A stretch of 64,000 nt of DNA from positions 269,069 to 333,068 of the forward strand of contig CBDCCZ010000054.1 in the NCBI GenBank assembly GCA_965215005.1, in the 5' to 3' direction. The notes below the pieces were generated by a model. The model ran no database searches. It saw only the letters and a program-made list of their open reading frames with translations, and was not told the DNA's origin. Shown here piece after piece: positions 49,578 to 59,626 of this stretch. Each line of letters opens with the position of its first letter. Within the stretch, counting starts at the first letter, position 1. The DNA is from Kofleriaceae bacterium. GTDB lineage: Bacteria > Myxococcota_A > Polyangia > Haliangiales > Haliangiaceae. The translations under genes were made by a program, and so were the position numbers.

Positions 49578-50246
49578 TCAGCCTCCGGTGTTGCCGAGGA
49601 GTTCTTCGATCTCCGGCGGCGTCGCCTTCTCGTCTGGTGAGCCGCGAACCTCATAGGTGGTGTAGGTTCCGTCGCAATCGAGATCGCCGATAGCGCGCGC
49701 GGTGAAGCTGCGCAGATCCTCGGCAGCTACATACTCGTAAGAGAAGTGTTGCGGCGCGCTGATGCGAAACTGCAGCGCCAGCCACACCGGCTCTTGCCAA
49801 TAGGCTTGGTCGGGCTCACACGTGCCGCCCGACCGGCAGCAGGTGCCGAGCTTGGGAGTCGGACCGGCGCTGGAGGCTGGATACTGGCGCGCCCCGCCGG
49901 TGCCATCGAAGTTGTCGTCGTCTTGCCAATAGGACTGGGCCGCGGTCCATAACGCGGTCAGCCGCTGTTTGGCCGCTTGCGTTGGAATCTCATGCGACGC
50001 GGCGGCGTCCGACTCGGCGGTCCCAGTCTCGGCAAACTCCACCGGCGTGCTCACCGCCACCTCGTATCCGGCGCAGTCACAAGCGGCCCATGCGCGGGTC
50101 GTGGAACAGGTTTGCGAGCCTCTGCGGCCATCGGCGCAGGTGCACTCGAGCGTCGCGCCGGCGAGGCATCTTGGCTCGATAGATGAGCCCGCACAGCCCG
50201 CCATCAGCATGCAAGCGAACCCCAAGACCACCGCGCGGAGTGTCAT
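49578..50246 (-). CDS. Lipoprotein with a Cys-rich module and a pilin-like C-terminal domain
   Basis: Lipobox MAGC; C.AG..ECTC.DG..GSQTC...W..CDC; AKQRLTALWTAAQSYW; FTARAIGDLDCDGTYTTY. Confidence 0.6.
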   Translation of the reverse strand: MTLRAVVLGFACMLMAGCAGSSIEPRCLAGATLECTCADGRRGSQTCSTTRAWAACDCAGYEVAVSTPVEFAETGTAESDAAASHEIPTQAAKQRLTALWTAAQSYWQDDDNFDGTGGARQYPASSAGPTPKLGTCCRSGGTCEPDQAYWQEPVWLALQFRISAPQHFSYEYVAAEDLRSFTARAIGDLDCDGTYTTYEVRGSPDEKATPPEIEELLGNTGG

Positions 50247-50302
50247 GCGCGCGAATCTATCCCGCTGCCGGGGGCGCTGCAAATGCGGTAACGTCTCGCT
50301 TC

Positions 50303-51157
50303 ATGGACGTCGTGCGTCGCGATTCGGCGGCTAGAGCCCTGCTGGTCTGGGCACGAACCACGACCAATGGCGCACAGGTCGAGGTAGCCGAAGACGAAGA
50401 CGCCTTTCTCTGCCCGGGTTGGGTCTTGGGCCGTCATCTCGGGGCGGGTACCCATCTCGTAGTGGCGGATGCGTCCCAGCCGGTGGTGATCTACTTCGTT
50501 CGCCGTGGGCCGCTGGCGGTCCAGGTCAAGGGCCAGATATCTGGCTTATTCAAAGGCGCCGAAGCCGAGCTGCAGTACACTATGACCGCTGCGGTGCGTG
50601 CTGCCGAGCCAGCGACGTTGTGTCACGAAGTGCTGCCGTTGCCGCACGAGAACATCGGCACCGGCGTGCAACGCAGTGTCACCGCCAGCCTCGGTCGCTG
50701 CCTTCAGCACGCGATTGCGTGCGCCGGTGCTATGGCGGCAGAGCCGCTGCTTACGCTATTTCGCGGACAGGATCCCATGGCAGGCGCGGTTCGCGGCATC
50801 GAGCTAGTCCGCATCGAGACGCTCACCGTGGCGACCGCGGAGCGGCCGCTGCTCGAGTGGTCTGCCGCCGACGGGGCGGCTTCAACTAGCCGTCATGCGC
50901 TAGGAGAACGCAGCGCCGGCGGAGCAGACGCGGTGCCCAGAGAGGTGAGTCGAGCACCAACCCAACAAGCTCACGCCGTTGCGCCGCCGCCGCCGAGCGG
51001 CGCGCGACACCAAAATGGCTCCGACGTGCTGGTCTACTGGCGTGATGGGCTTTGGCACTCGGCTACGGTAGAGGCCTATCGCGCCGGCCAATATCGCGTC
51101 GCAGTAGACACTGGCGAGGTTCTTTGGGTGCCGGGCGAGCAAGTCCGCGGTAGCTGA
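50303..51157 (+). CDS. Hypothetical protein with a C-terminal Tudor/SH3-like domain
   Basis: C-terminus GSDVLVYWRDGLWHSATV...YRVAVDTGEVLWVP after a Pro-rich linker; N-terminus weakly SPFH-like. Confidence 0.55.
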   Translation: MDVVRRDSAARALLVWARTTTNGAQVEVAEDEDAFLCPGWVLGRHLGAGTHLVVADASQPVVIYFVRRGPLAVQVKGQISGLFKGAEAELQYTMTAAVRAAEPATLCHEVLPLPHENIGTGVQRSVTASLGRCLQHAIACAGAMAAEPLLTLFRGQDPMAGAVRGIELVRIETLTVATAERPLLEWSAADGAASTSRHALGERSAGGADAVPREVSRAPTQQAHAVAPPPPSGARHQNGSDVLVYWRDGLWHSATVEAYRAGQYRVAVDTGEVLWVPGEQVRGS

Positions 51158-51238
51158 TGGTTCAACAGCTGAAAATCCACGCCCGAAGGGAAGTCGCCAA
51201 GGGAAGACTCGAGGACCGTGACTCCGATGGCGTTGCAC

Positions 51239-51985
51239 TCAAAGCCGGGCTAGCGCCGCCCAGCGCGGACTGTATAGGTAGTCGGCGTTGAACTTGGGCT
51301 GCGTCCAGGCGATGTCGTCGTCGCGATGATCGAGGTGGACGAAGCCTTGGCGCGGATAGTAGCCAACCCCGACCCGCCGGTGATGGCTCCAGACGTAGTC
51401 GCGAATCTCCGCTAGCGAGGTGTTCTCGATGCGGATGTCGATTGCGCGTGCGTGCCGATGCGGCGAGCTCCGCGACTCCTGGGCGCCGATGCGATGCGCC
51501 GAGACGACCTCGATGGTTTGGCCAGGAAACCGGCGGCCGACATCAGCGAGCATCGCGACGAGGTGAGCGTGGATGCGCTTGACGTGGCCGGTTCGATGAC
51601 AGCGCAAGAAGCGAGCGAGCTCGAGCGCAGTGCGATCGTCGAGGTGGCCGTCGAGGGGCAAGAGGAAGTCTCGAGTTTGGCGAAAGTGGGTGCTATGGAG
51701 GCGCACGAGGCTTACCGCGGGCATCGACTCGCCCAAGAGCAGATGTAGGAGCGTCTCGGTGGCGGCCAAGAGCGGCCATCGGGGCGCCGGCAGCAGCGTG
51801 GCTTGCGCCAGCGGAGTAGCGAGTGCTGGCTCAGCGATGGTGGTCAGCGCTGCTTCGGTCGGCGCGCTCGCGGTGGGTTTGCGGGCATCGGTGGCACGGG
51901 CTGTGGCGCCGCGAATGCCCCCCAGGGACGCCAGCACCAAAACACCGAGCATGAGGGCGATCGAGCGCCGCGTTTCTGCACACAT
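51239..51985 (-). CDS. DUF882/YcbK family (peptidase M15A-like) protein
   Basis: FLRCHRTG, IEVVSAHR, SPHRHARAIDIRI, GVGYYP..GFVHLD; start may be at 51952. Confidence 0.85.
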   Translation of the reverse strand: MCAETRRSIALMLGVLVLASLGGIRGATARATDARKPTASAPTEAALTTIAEPALATPLAQATLLPAPRWPLLAATETLLHLLLGESMPAVSLVRLHSTHFRQTRDFLLPLDGHLDDRTALELARFLRCHRTGHVKRIHAHLVAMLADVGRRFPGQTIEVVSAHRIGAQESRSSPHRHARAIDIRIENTSLAEIRDYVWSHHRRVGVGYYPRQGFVHLDHRDDDIAWTQPKFNADYLYSPRWAALARL

Positions 51986-52130
51986 GATGGCGGGTAAATC
52001 AAGTCCAATGCCATGTCATGCGTGTCGGCAAGTCCCTGATTTTCTGTGCTATTGTTGACGGCAGCCGACGGAACAGCCCGTCGTTCCTCCGGATTTCGGA
52101 ACGCCTTTCCCAGAATCGGAACTACACACG

Positions 52131-53438
52131 ATGCCGCGTCGTGCAGATCCCACGCTCGTTTTTGGCCCTGCGCAGGAGCCCCCCGCGGTGGGGGGCCGGC
52201 TGCTCGTGCTCGACGATGAGGGCAAAATCACCCGCGAGGTCCGCGTCGATGGGTTGATACGCATCGGCAAAGGGCCCGACCTCGAGCTTACCCTCGCGGA
52301 TCCACACGTATCGCGAATTCATGCACAGGTGGACATCGGTCCCGAAGGCGTGACCTTGCGCGATCTGGATAGCCGCAACGGCACCCTGCTCTCCGGGGTA
52401 CCGATCAAAGAAGCGCAGCTGATTCACGGCGCGGTGATCAGCCTGGGAAAGAGCCGCATCCGTTTCGAAGAGGACGATCGCGACGATGACGACGCGACGC
52501 GCGTGGAGCCGCGGCGTTCCCGCTTTGGCGATGCCATCGGCGCTGCGCCGTCTATGCAAGATGTCTTTGCGCTGTTAGCCAAGCTGGCACCTACCGAGGT
52601 CTCGACCACGCTAATCGGCGAGACCGGCACCGGCAAAGACGTCCTGGCGCGCGCGATTCATCAGAACAGCCCGCGCAAAGCGGGCCCGTTCATCGTGTTC
52701 GACTGCGGCGCCGTGGCCGAGAACCTCATCGAGAGTGAGCTCTTTGGTCATGAGCGCGGTGCCTTCACCGGCGCGGTTGCCGAGCGGCAAGGAGCGTTCG
52801 AGCTCGCAAACGGCGGCACCTTGTTCGTCGACGAAGTTGGCGAGCTGCCGCTAAACCTTCAGCCGCGCCTCTTGCGGGTGCTCGAGCAACGCGAGGTCCA
52901 GCGCGTGGGCGGCGCGGGAAGGCATAGCGTCGACGTCCGCGTCATTGCCGCCACCAATCGCGACTTGGCCAGCGAGGTTGCCGAGGGGAGGTTTCGCCAG
53001 GACCTCTTCTTTCGCCTCAGCGGCGCTGTGGTTCCAGTGCCGCCCTTGCGCGATCGCACCAGTGATATTCCGGCGTTGGTGCAGAGCATGCTCACCGAGA
53101 TGGGCAACGCGCTGCAAGTCGCACCGGTTACCTTGGCGGCGCTTGCCAGCTACGACTGGCCCGGCAATGTTCGCGAGCTCAAGAACGTGATCTCGAGCGC
53201 CGCCGCGTTTGCGGACGGCCCCATGCTCGAGCCGCGTCACCTGATGTTCTTCAAGCCAAAGCGTCGGCACCCGACTCTGGAAGGGCTGCCGCTGGCCGGG
53301 CGCACTCTCGAGATGATCGAGCGCGCGGCGATCAAACAGACCTTGGAGCAGGAAAGCGGCAACAAGACCCGCGCCGCGCGCTCGCTTGGTATCGCGCCCT
53401 CAACGCTCTACGAGAAGATCAAGAAGTACAAGCTGTGA
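52131..53438 (+). CDS. FHA-domain sigma54-dependent enhancer-binding protein (Fis HTH)
   Basis: FHA (IGK...DPHVSRIHA...DLDSRNGT), GETGTGKD, ESELFGHERGAFTGA, FRQDLFFRL, WPGNVREL, C-terminal HTH. Confidence 0.94.
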   Translation: MPRRADPTLVFGPAQEPPAVGGRLLVLDDEGKITREVRVDGLIRIGKGPDLELTLADPHVSRIHAQVDIGPEGVTLRDLDSRNGTLLSGVPIKEAQLIHGAVISLGKSRIRFEEDDRDDDDATRVEPRRSRFGDAIGAAPSMQDVFALLAKLAPTEVSTTLIGETGTGKDVLARAIHQNSPRKAGPFIVFDCGAVAENLIESELFGHERGAFTGAVAERQGAFELANGGTLFVDEVGELPLNLQPRLLRVLEQREVQRVGGAGRHSVDVRVIAATNRDLASEVAEGRFRQDLFFRLSGAVVPVPPLRDRTSDIPALVQSMLTEMGNALQVAPVTLAALASYDWPGNVRELKNVISSAAAFADGPMLEPRHLMFFKPKRRHPTLEGLPLAGRTLEMIERAAIKQTLEQESGNKTRAARSLGIAPSTLYEKIKKYKL

Positions 53439-53479
53439 GCAGAGCGAGACTTGAGCGGTGCGTGGCAGCTGTCCCGCCG

Positions 53480-53782
53480 CTACCAGAACGAGCAGTGGCG
53501 TATCTCTTTGCGGGTCTTGGCTGCGAGCACACAGTCGACGCCGGCTTCGGTCCACTTGCTCTTACACTCGCTCTCGACTGACTGCTTCGTCGCGCGCTGT
53601 TGCCGCTCGAGCGCTGCCGGGCTCGCATCGTTCTCCGCGGCTGCATAGAGAATGCGCGACATGTGGCTCGCCGCCGTGCCGCAGCGCTCACCACTGGTCT
53701 TCTCTGCGCAGCCGAAGACGCTAAAGCACCCGCCGAGGAGCGCAGTCATGGCGAGTGTAGCGATACTGCGTGAGCGCCGCAT
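53480..53782 (-). CDS. Small Cys-containing secreted/lipoprotein
   Basis: Signal peptide with VFGC; C...ASHM...ECKSKW.....DCVLAAK...IRHC helical pattern seen in myxobacterial proteins. Confidence 0.6.
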   Translation of the reverse strand: MRRSRSIATLAMTALLGGCFSVFGCAEKTSGERCGTAASHMSRILYAAAENDASPAALERQQRATKQSVESECKSKWTEAGVDCVLAAKTRKEIRHCSFW

Positions 53783-53914
53783 GCAGAGAAATTCGGCGCA
53801 ATTGCGCAAACCTTGAGAGCGCGGCGGCTCGGAAGGTCCTGCTGGCGCGGACCATCTGCCGCAGGGCAAGCGCCGAGCGGGCTGCACTGAGCCCGCGGCG
53901 AGCTTTGGTGTTCG

Positions 53915-55609
53915 CTAGAGAAGACCCTCGTGGGCGAGAACGCGGCGCAGAAAGCTCAGCGGCATGTTTCCCGATTCGAGGTAGAGGCGATGGAAGGCGC
54001 GGTCGGTCGCGATGGCATCGGCGCCAGCGGCTTTGGCTTCGACCTCTCGCTTGAGCTTCCACACCAAGTGGTTTCCTGCGAGGTAGCTGAGGGGATAGGC
54101 GCGCTCCTGCGAGTACCAGTTGAGCTCCGCTTCTACCCGGGATGGCACGAAGCCGGTCACGGCGCGCAGCAGGTTGCCCGCGGCCTGGAATGGATCGGCA
54201 GGCTCGAGGTCGCAGTCGACTCCGACGTCGAGATAGCCGCGATCGCCGCTCATGAAGAATAGATCGATGGCGACGCGGGCGCCGATGCGGCTCAAGTCGA
54301 GCTTGCCGACGAAGCGCGCCTCGTCGGTTAGCTCGCCCATGTAACCGAGGTCGAGCATGTAGTCCTCGAGCATCGTGGTCCAGCCCTCAGCGTGATCATT
54401 GGCGTCGCAGTGGCGCCGAATCACCGAAGGATGCCGCGCAGCGGTGGCGAGTTGTAAATGATGCCCCGGGATGCCCTCGTGGATCATCATCGCCGGGATC
54501 GATAGCTCGGTGTGCTCGTCGAGGAGCTCTTGGCTGAGCGTTAGATAGACCATGCTGGTGCGCACGCCCGCGCGAAATGGCGCCGGTGGCATCATCGCGC
54601 CCGCCGGGATGCTCGGCGTCATGAACGCCGGCGTCTGGATGATCTTCATGTCCTGCTCGGCGAAGATGGGAAACAACGCGCGAGTGCGGACGAAGGCGAG
54701 AATTCGCTCGCGCTCGGCCTGGTAACGATCGAGCACCCGCGTGAGCTCGCCCTCGGTCTCGACCCGGTAGACCTTGGCGAGATGCGCTTGCAGCTCGGCC
54801 ACGCTGGTGCTCGCGGGCAACCCGTACTTGGCGGTGAGTCGAGCGCCGAGCTCTTCGAGCTGCCCGCGAGTTTGATGCAAGAAGTCGCGGGCGATCGCGT
54901 GCAGCTCTTCGAGCGAAAGCTCGATGCCCCGCAGGGCAACGATGTCTCGCGCGACCTCAGGGGATAGGTGCAGCTGCTGAGTGGTTGGCAGCATCTGGAG
55001 CTGCGTTGCGTAACGCTGCAGCGCAGCGGTGCCGAGCTCGATGGCGCTCGTCAAGCGGTCACAATCGGCCCAGCGCTGGCTTTGCGCCCAGCTGGCGATG
55101 TTGGCAAATAGCTTTGGCAGCCCCGCGACTTTCTCTGCATCCATCCGCACCCACCGGTCAACCGGTGTGTCGAGTCGCGCGAGCAACGTCTCGAGGTAGT
55201 CGGGAATGCGCTCGATGCGGGAGGTGATATCCCGGAGCCGCTCACCGGCCGGGCGTGGATCATTACTGAATAGAAGGAAGATGCCATCACCGATCTCGTC
55301 GCCGGCGCGCGGCATCTGGGTCAGCTCGGCCTTGCCGTTTAGCTGCTGGCTTCGGCGCTGCACCTCGGCATCGAGCATCAACGCAGCCAACTCGAGATCG
55401 AGCGCTTGGTCGAACGGCAGCTCCTCGGCGGGTAGCGAGCGGGCTTGGCTGGCCAAGCTGCTGGCTTCGGCGGCGCTGCTTCGCGCCTCCTCGAGGCTCG
55501 GGTCGGGCAGCTCGTCGAGGCGGCGCTCTATGCCTTTATTGACGCAGACGTTGGGATCGCGGGAAGCGTGATCGTGGAACGCCGAAACGAACGCATCGTA
55601 GGAGCTCAT
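53915..55609 (-). CDS. DUF885 family putative metallopeptidase (cytoplasmic)
   Basis: HEGIPGHHLQL, AEGWTTMLE, RVAIDL, PLSYLAG; no signal peptide. Confidence 0.85.
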   Translation of the reverse strand: MSSYDAFVSAFHDHASRDPNVCVNKGIERRLDELPDPSLEEARSSAAEASSLASQARSLPAEELPFDQALDLELAALMLDAEVQRRSQQLNGKAELTQMPRAGDEIGDGIFLLFSNDPRPAGERLRDITSRIERIPDYLETLLARLDTPVDRWVRMDAEKVAGLPKLFANIASWAQSQRWADCDRLTSAIELGTAALQRYATQLQMLPTTQQLHLSPEVARDIVALRGIELSLEELHAIARDFLHQTRGQLEELGARLTAKYGLPASTSVAELQAHLAKVYRVETEGELTRVLDRYQAERERILAFVRTRALFPIFAEQDMKIIQTPAFMTPSIPAGAMMPPAPFRAGVRTSMVYLTLSQELLDEHTELSIPAMMIHEGIPGHHLQLATAARHPSVIRRHCDANDHAEGWTTMLEDYMLDLGYMGELTDEARFVGKLDLSRIGARVAIDLFFMSGDRGYLDVGVDCDLEPADPFQAAGNLLRAVTGFVPSRVEAELNWYSQERAYPLSYLAGNHLVWKLKREVEAKAAGADAIATDRAFHRLYLESGNMPLSFLRRVLAHEGLL

Positions 55610-56286
55610 TGCCCGCCAGGATACATCCTTCGAGGTGCAGCGAGGCATGCGGCATAACTCTCGTTGCGATCGCGCTCGATCGATTCCAGCACTGCTGCCA
55701 GCCGTGCCCCATGCTCGAGCACGGTCTGCAGATTTTGCTCGGCAATGGTCTCGGAAACCGAAAGCGGCTGCGGCGGGGCCCGGAGCGTCGCGAGCGTTTC
55801 GCGCGCGGTGGCATAGCGCGAGCCTTCATCGGCCATCCGTCGGGCATGCAACAGGGATTCGCGCTTGACCAGCTGCACGGTTGGATCCGGAGAACGTCGC
55901 AAGTACGCTACCAAGCGCGCCGAGGTGGTCGTGTCGAGCGTCGCGCGCGGGTGAAAGGCGGCCATCGCAACGGTGCTCTTGCCGAGCGGATGAGCGCACG
56001 CGTGCATCTGCTCGAGCTCGCTCACGAAGCGGCGAAAATTGCCAGCGTCGAGCGCGAGGCGTGGCAGCAGCACCAGCGCAATGTCGGCGGCACCGGCGGC
56101 GAGCTCTTCGATGATGGCCGCGACCGGTGCAGGCGTTGCGTGCTCGATCAGGAGCACGCGCCGCTCGACCCGCCCGTGTCGCCGCGCCGCTGCCGCCCAT
56201 GGACACAGCCCGAATGCCTCGACCACCTCCTCGGCGTAGCGGTCGTAGAGGCGCAGCGCCTCGCGCTCGAGGCGCCTCTTCGGCAT
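55606..56286 (-). CDS. DUF1415-like hypothetical protein
   Basis: VVEAFGLCPWA, MAAFHP, RRSPDPTVQLV, IAEQN; 4-bp overlap with the DUF885 gene. Confidence 0.6.
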   Translation of the reverse strand: MPKRRLEREALRLYDRYAEEVVEAFGLCPWAAAARRHGRVERRVLLIEHATPAPVAAIIEELAAGAADIALVLLPRLALDAGNFRRFVSELEQMHACAHPLGKSTVAMAAFHPRATLDTTTSARLVAYLRRSPDPTVQLVKRESLLHARRMADEGSRYATARETLATLRAPPQPLSVSETIAEQNLQTVLEHGARLAAVLESIERDRNESYAACLAAPRRMYPGGQ

Positions 56287-56510
56287 AGCCGGCAGTCTAC
56301 AACGCTGCTTTACGGACCGGCATATGCCTGCCACGCGAATTGGCTTCCTTGCTCACGTCGCGGCGATGACGCGAAAGCATTGCGCGCAGCGGCGAGCAAG
56401 GGCGATAGCTGCCCGCGTTGGGTGTCGCACGTTCCCTACATTTCGGTCCATCGGTTGCATCGCGTGCGTCGCGCGCTCGAGCGCGAACGACGCGAACGAA
56501 AGGATCTACG

Positions 56511-57890
56511 ATGCGAAGGCTTCTGTTAGTTGGTTCGATGGTTGGCTTCATCGTCGGCGGCTGCGGCGATGACGAAGCGACTGGCAACTCCGATGCGGCG
56601 CCAGGACGAGGTGACGCGGGCATGGCCGACGCCGGCATGGCCGATGCGGCGGAAGGAGCGGACGCCGGCGGTTCTGCGGTCGGTTGCGATATCGATAACG
56701 GCGGCCTCACCCTTCCTGATGGCTTTTGCGCGGGGCGCTTTGCCATCGAGCTCGGCAAGGCACGCCACGTCGCGGTGACTCCGTCAGGAGATGTCTACGT
56801 CGCCATCAACCCCGATAGCTCCGCGCCCGGCGCTCCCGGTGGCGGCATCATCGCGCTGCGTGACACCGATGGCGATGGCATGGCCGACGAGCGCCAGCAG
56901 TTCTACGACCGCGGCGGAACTGGCATCCTGTGGCGTGATGGCGTCCTCTACTTCGCGCCAAACGATCGAGTGGTGCGTTGGCAGCTACCGGATGGACAGC
57001 TAGTGCCGGAGGGGGAACCCACCGTTATCGTCGGAGGCCTTCCGAGCGATGGCGATCATCCCTACAAAGCGATCGTACTCGCCGGAGACGACCTCTACGT
57101 GAACATCGGCTCGGCGACCAACTCGTGCCAGGTTGAGAATCGCGAGACCCAGTCGCCGGGGATCGATCCGTGTCCCGAGCTGGACACCCGCGCTGGCGTC
57201 TGGCGCTTTCCTGCCAACGGTGAGAACCTGACTCAGGCCGACGGCGAGCGCTTCGTCACCGGTGCGCGCAACCTCACCGCGATCACTCACCGCGCCGCCG
57301 ATGACGCGCTTTATGCGGTCCAAAATGGACGCGATGAGCTGGCTGACGACTGGCCGCAGCTCTTTACGCAAGAGCAGGATGATCGCTTGCCCTCCGAGGA
57401 GATGTTTCGGTTGGCCGCGGGGACCGACTACGGCTGGCCGTACTGCTATCACGACCCAGTCGCGAGCGAGAAAGTGCTTGCGCCCGAGTACGGCGGCGAC
57501 GGTACGATCATCGGGCGATGCGAGGCGGCCGCCGAGCCGCTGAAGGCGTATCCCGCGCATTGGGCGCCCCTGGGGATGCACTTTTATACCGGCACTCAGT
57601 TTCCCGAGCGGTACCGCGGCGGGCTGTTCATCGCCTACCATGGCTCGCGATTTGCGCCCAATGCCGTGCCACCGCTGCCGGGCTATCAAGTCAGCTTTCA
57701 GCCTTTCGCCGACGATGAGCCAAGCGGCGACGCTGAGGCGTTTGCCGATGGCTTCGCCGGTTCCGCGCGGCCGTTGCCCGATCGGGCGCAGTCGCGTCCA
57801 GTCGACGTCGCCGAGGCGCCCGACGGTTCGCTCTACGTCTCCGACGACAAGAGCGGCGTCCTGTTCCGCATCTATTACGTCGGCAATTGA
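56511..57890 (+). CDS. PQQ-dependent sugar/sorbosone dehydrogenase family lipoprotein
   Basis: Lipobox VGGC, LYVNIGS, GARN, YGWPYC, AHWAPLGMHFY, RPVDV..APDGSLYVSDD. Confidence 0.88.
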   Translation: MRRLLLVGSMVGFIVGGCGDDEATGNSDAAPGRGDAGMADAGMADAAEGADAGGSAVGCDIDNGGLTLPDGFCAGRFAIELGKARHVAVTPSGDVYVAINPDSSAPGAPGGGIIALRDTDGDGMADERQQFYDRGGTGILWRDGVLYFAPNDRVVRWQLPDGQLVPEGEPTVIVGGLPSDGDHPYKAIVLAGDDLYVNIGSATNSCQVENRETQSPGIDPCPELDTRAGVWRFPANGENLTQADGERFVTGARNLTAITHRAADDALYAVQNGRDELADDWPQLFTQEQDDRLPSEEMFRLAAGTDYGWPYCYHDPVASEKVLAPEYGGDGTIIGRCEAAAEPLKAYPAHWAPLGMHFYTGTQFPERYRGGLFIAYHGSRFAPNAVPPLPGYQVSFQPFADDEPSGDAEAFADGFAGSARPLPDRAQSRPVDVAEAPDGSLYVSDDKSGVLFRIYYVGN

Positions 57891-58162
57891 TTCGATTCGC
57901 CGCCGCGGGACCCTTAAAAGGCTCGTGCGCGGCGTCTTCGCTGTCCCTATACCGCCTACTGTGAAACGCCGAACGACGAGCGCCATCGTGCCGATTGGCT
58001 GCGCGATGGCGCCCGCCGAGCGCGGCAGCCGTTGTTGATCGCCGCCGCCGCGCATTTTCTGCTGCGGGTGGCTATGGCACAGTGGAACCCTTGTGCCTTG
58101 CGTGATGATGGCAATCTGCTGCCGTCTGGGGCGCTGCACGTGCGAAAGGAAGGGTACTCGCG

Positions 58163-59626
58163 GTGAGCTATCGAAGAAGAACGGCGGTCATGGTCATGGC
58201 AGGCGGCAAGGGATCGCGCCTGGCTCCCCTCACCTGCCACCGCTCGAAGCCGGCGGTACCGTTTGGCGGGCGGTATCGCATCATCGACTTCGTCCTCTCG
58301 AACTTCGTTAACTCCGACTATCGGCAGATCTATGTGCTCACGCAGTACATGGCCAGTAGTCTCATCAAACACCTCGGGCGCAACTGGCGGTTGTCTGGTT
58401 TTGGCGAGTTTATCGAGGTGGTCCCGGCGCAGATGCGCATGGGCGAGTTCTGGTATCGCGGCACAGCCGATGCCGTGTATCAGAATCTCAACCTGATTCG
58501 GGATGCTCGTTGCGATCACGTCGCCGTGTTTGGCGGCGATCATATCTACAAATTCGCCATCGATCAGATGGAGGAGCAGCACGTCGCTCGCGACGCAGAT
58601 CTCACTGTGGCGGCGTTTCCGGTGCCTACCTCCGAAGCTCACGAGTTTGGCGTCATCGACATCGACGCCAACCAACGCATCGTCGGCTTCCTCGAGAAAC
58701 CGGCGAATCCACCGTCGATCCCCGGTCGTCCCGGCTGGACGCTGGTGAGCATGGGCAACTATTTCTTCCGCTCCGAGGTGCTTCAGCAGGTGCTGGTCGA
58801 CGACAGTGTCGATGAAGAGTCAAAACACGATTTCGGCCGCAACATCATTCCGCGACTCGTGAGGGAAGGGGCGGAAGTCTTCATTTATGACTTCGCGCAG
58901 AATCGCATCATCGGAGAGCCTGAGTCTGCTCGGCCGTACTGGCGCGATGTCGGTACCGTCGACAGCTACTTTCAAGCAAACATGGACCTGCGCAGTCGGC
59001 TGCCGCATCTCAACGCCTACAACCGGACCTGGCGGATTCGAACCGCGCAGCGCGATTATCCGCCGGCGCGATTCGTTCGCGATAGTCCCAGCGGACGGCA
59101 CGTCGAGCTCGAGGACAGCCTGGTGTGCGAAGGCTCGATCGTCTCGAGCGCGCGGCTCTGCGAGGTGCTTCTCGGCTATGACTGCTTCGTGCACGGCGGC
59201 GCTACTATCGAAGAGTCGGTGATCCTATCTGGGTGCGACATTGGCGAGCGAGCGCGGTTGCGGCGAGTGCTGCTCGATAAGAACTGCAAGGTCGAACCGG
59301 GTGTGGTCATCGGCGAAGAGCCCGAGCTCGACCGGCAGCGTTTTCCGTTCATCACCGACTCCGGGATCGTCGCGGTGCCCAAGGGAACCTACGTCCCCGT
59401 AAAGGGACCCATCCAACTCGCGTACGACATCGAATTCCTGCTTCGCAACGATCCGGTGGCGGCCGATCAGCTGCGCAATTTCCCCGGCGAATACACCATC
59501 AGCGAGCAGTCTCGGCATAGCTACGTGTCCGCGGGCCCACGCTATCGGCGCTACCCAGCCCCGGTTGCTGCCGCCAATGCACCGCTAGCTCGCAGCGCTG
59601 GCACCCACGATGAAGACGACGAATGA
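58163..59626 (+). CDS. glgC: Glucose-1-phosphate adenylyltransferase with a C-terminal extension
   Basis: MAGGKGSRL.PLT..RSKPAVPFGGRYRIIDF, WYRGTADAVYQN, GGDHIY, FLEKP, SMGNY, DFG, YWRDVGT. Confidence 0.95.
   Translation: MSYRRRTAVMVMAGGKGSRLAPLTCHRSKPAVPFGGRYRIIDFVLSNFVNSDYRQIYVLTQYMASSLIKHLGRNWRLSGFGEFIEVVPAQMRMGEFWYRGTADAVYQNLNLIRDARCDHVAVFGGDHIYKFAIDQMEEQHVARDADLTVAAFPVPTSEAHEFGVIDIDANQRIVGFLEKPANPPSIPGRPGWTLVSMGNYFFRSEVLQQVLVDDSVDEESKHDFGRNIIPRLVREGAEVFIYDFAQNRIIGEPESARPYWRDVGTVDSYFQANMDLRSRLPHLNAYNRTWRIRTAQRDYPPARFVRDSPSGRHVELEDSLVCEGSIVSSARLCEVLLGYDCFVHGGATIEESVILSGCDIGERARLRRVLLDKNCKVEPGVVIGEEPELDRQRFPFITDSGIVAVPKGTYVPVKGPIQLAYDIEFLLRNDPVAADQLRNFPGEYTISEQSRHSYVSAGPRYRRYPAPVAAANAPLARSAGTHDEDDE

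Noticed and set aside
56608..56670. Short direct repeat gacgc(g/c)ggcatggccga
   Set aside because: Encodes a DAGMA low-complexity linker in a lipoprotein; not a CRISPR or mobile repeat
58075..58098. TGGCAC motif upstream of glgC as a sigma54 promoter
   Set aside because: No TTGC at the correct distance; only a short ggcaca...tgtgcc inverted repeat
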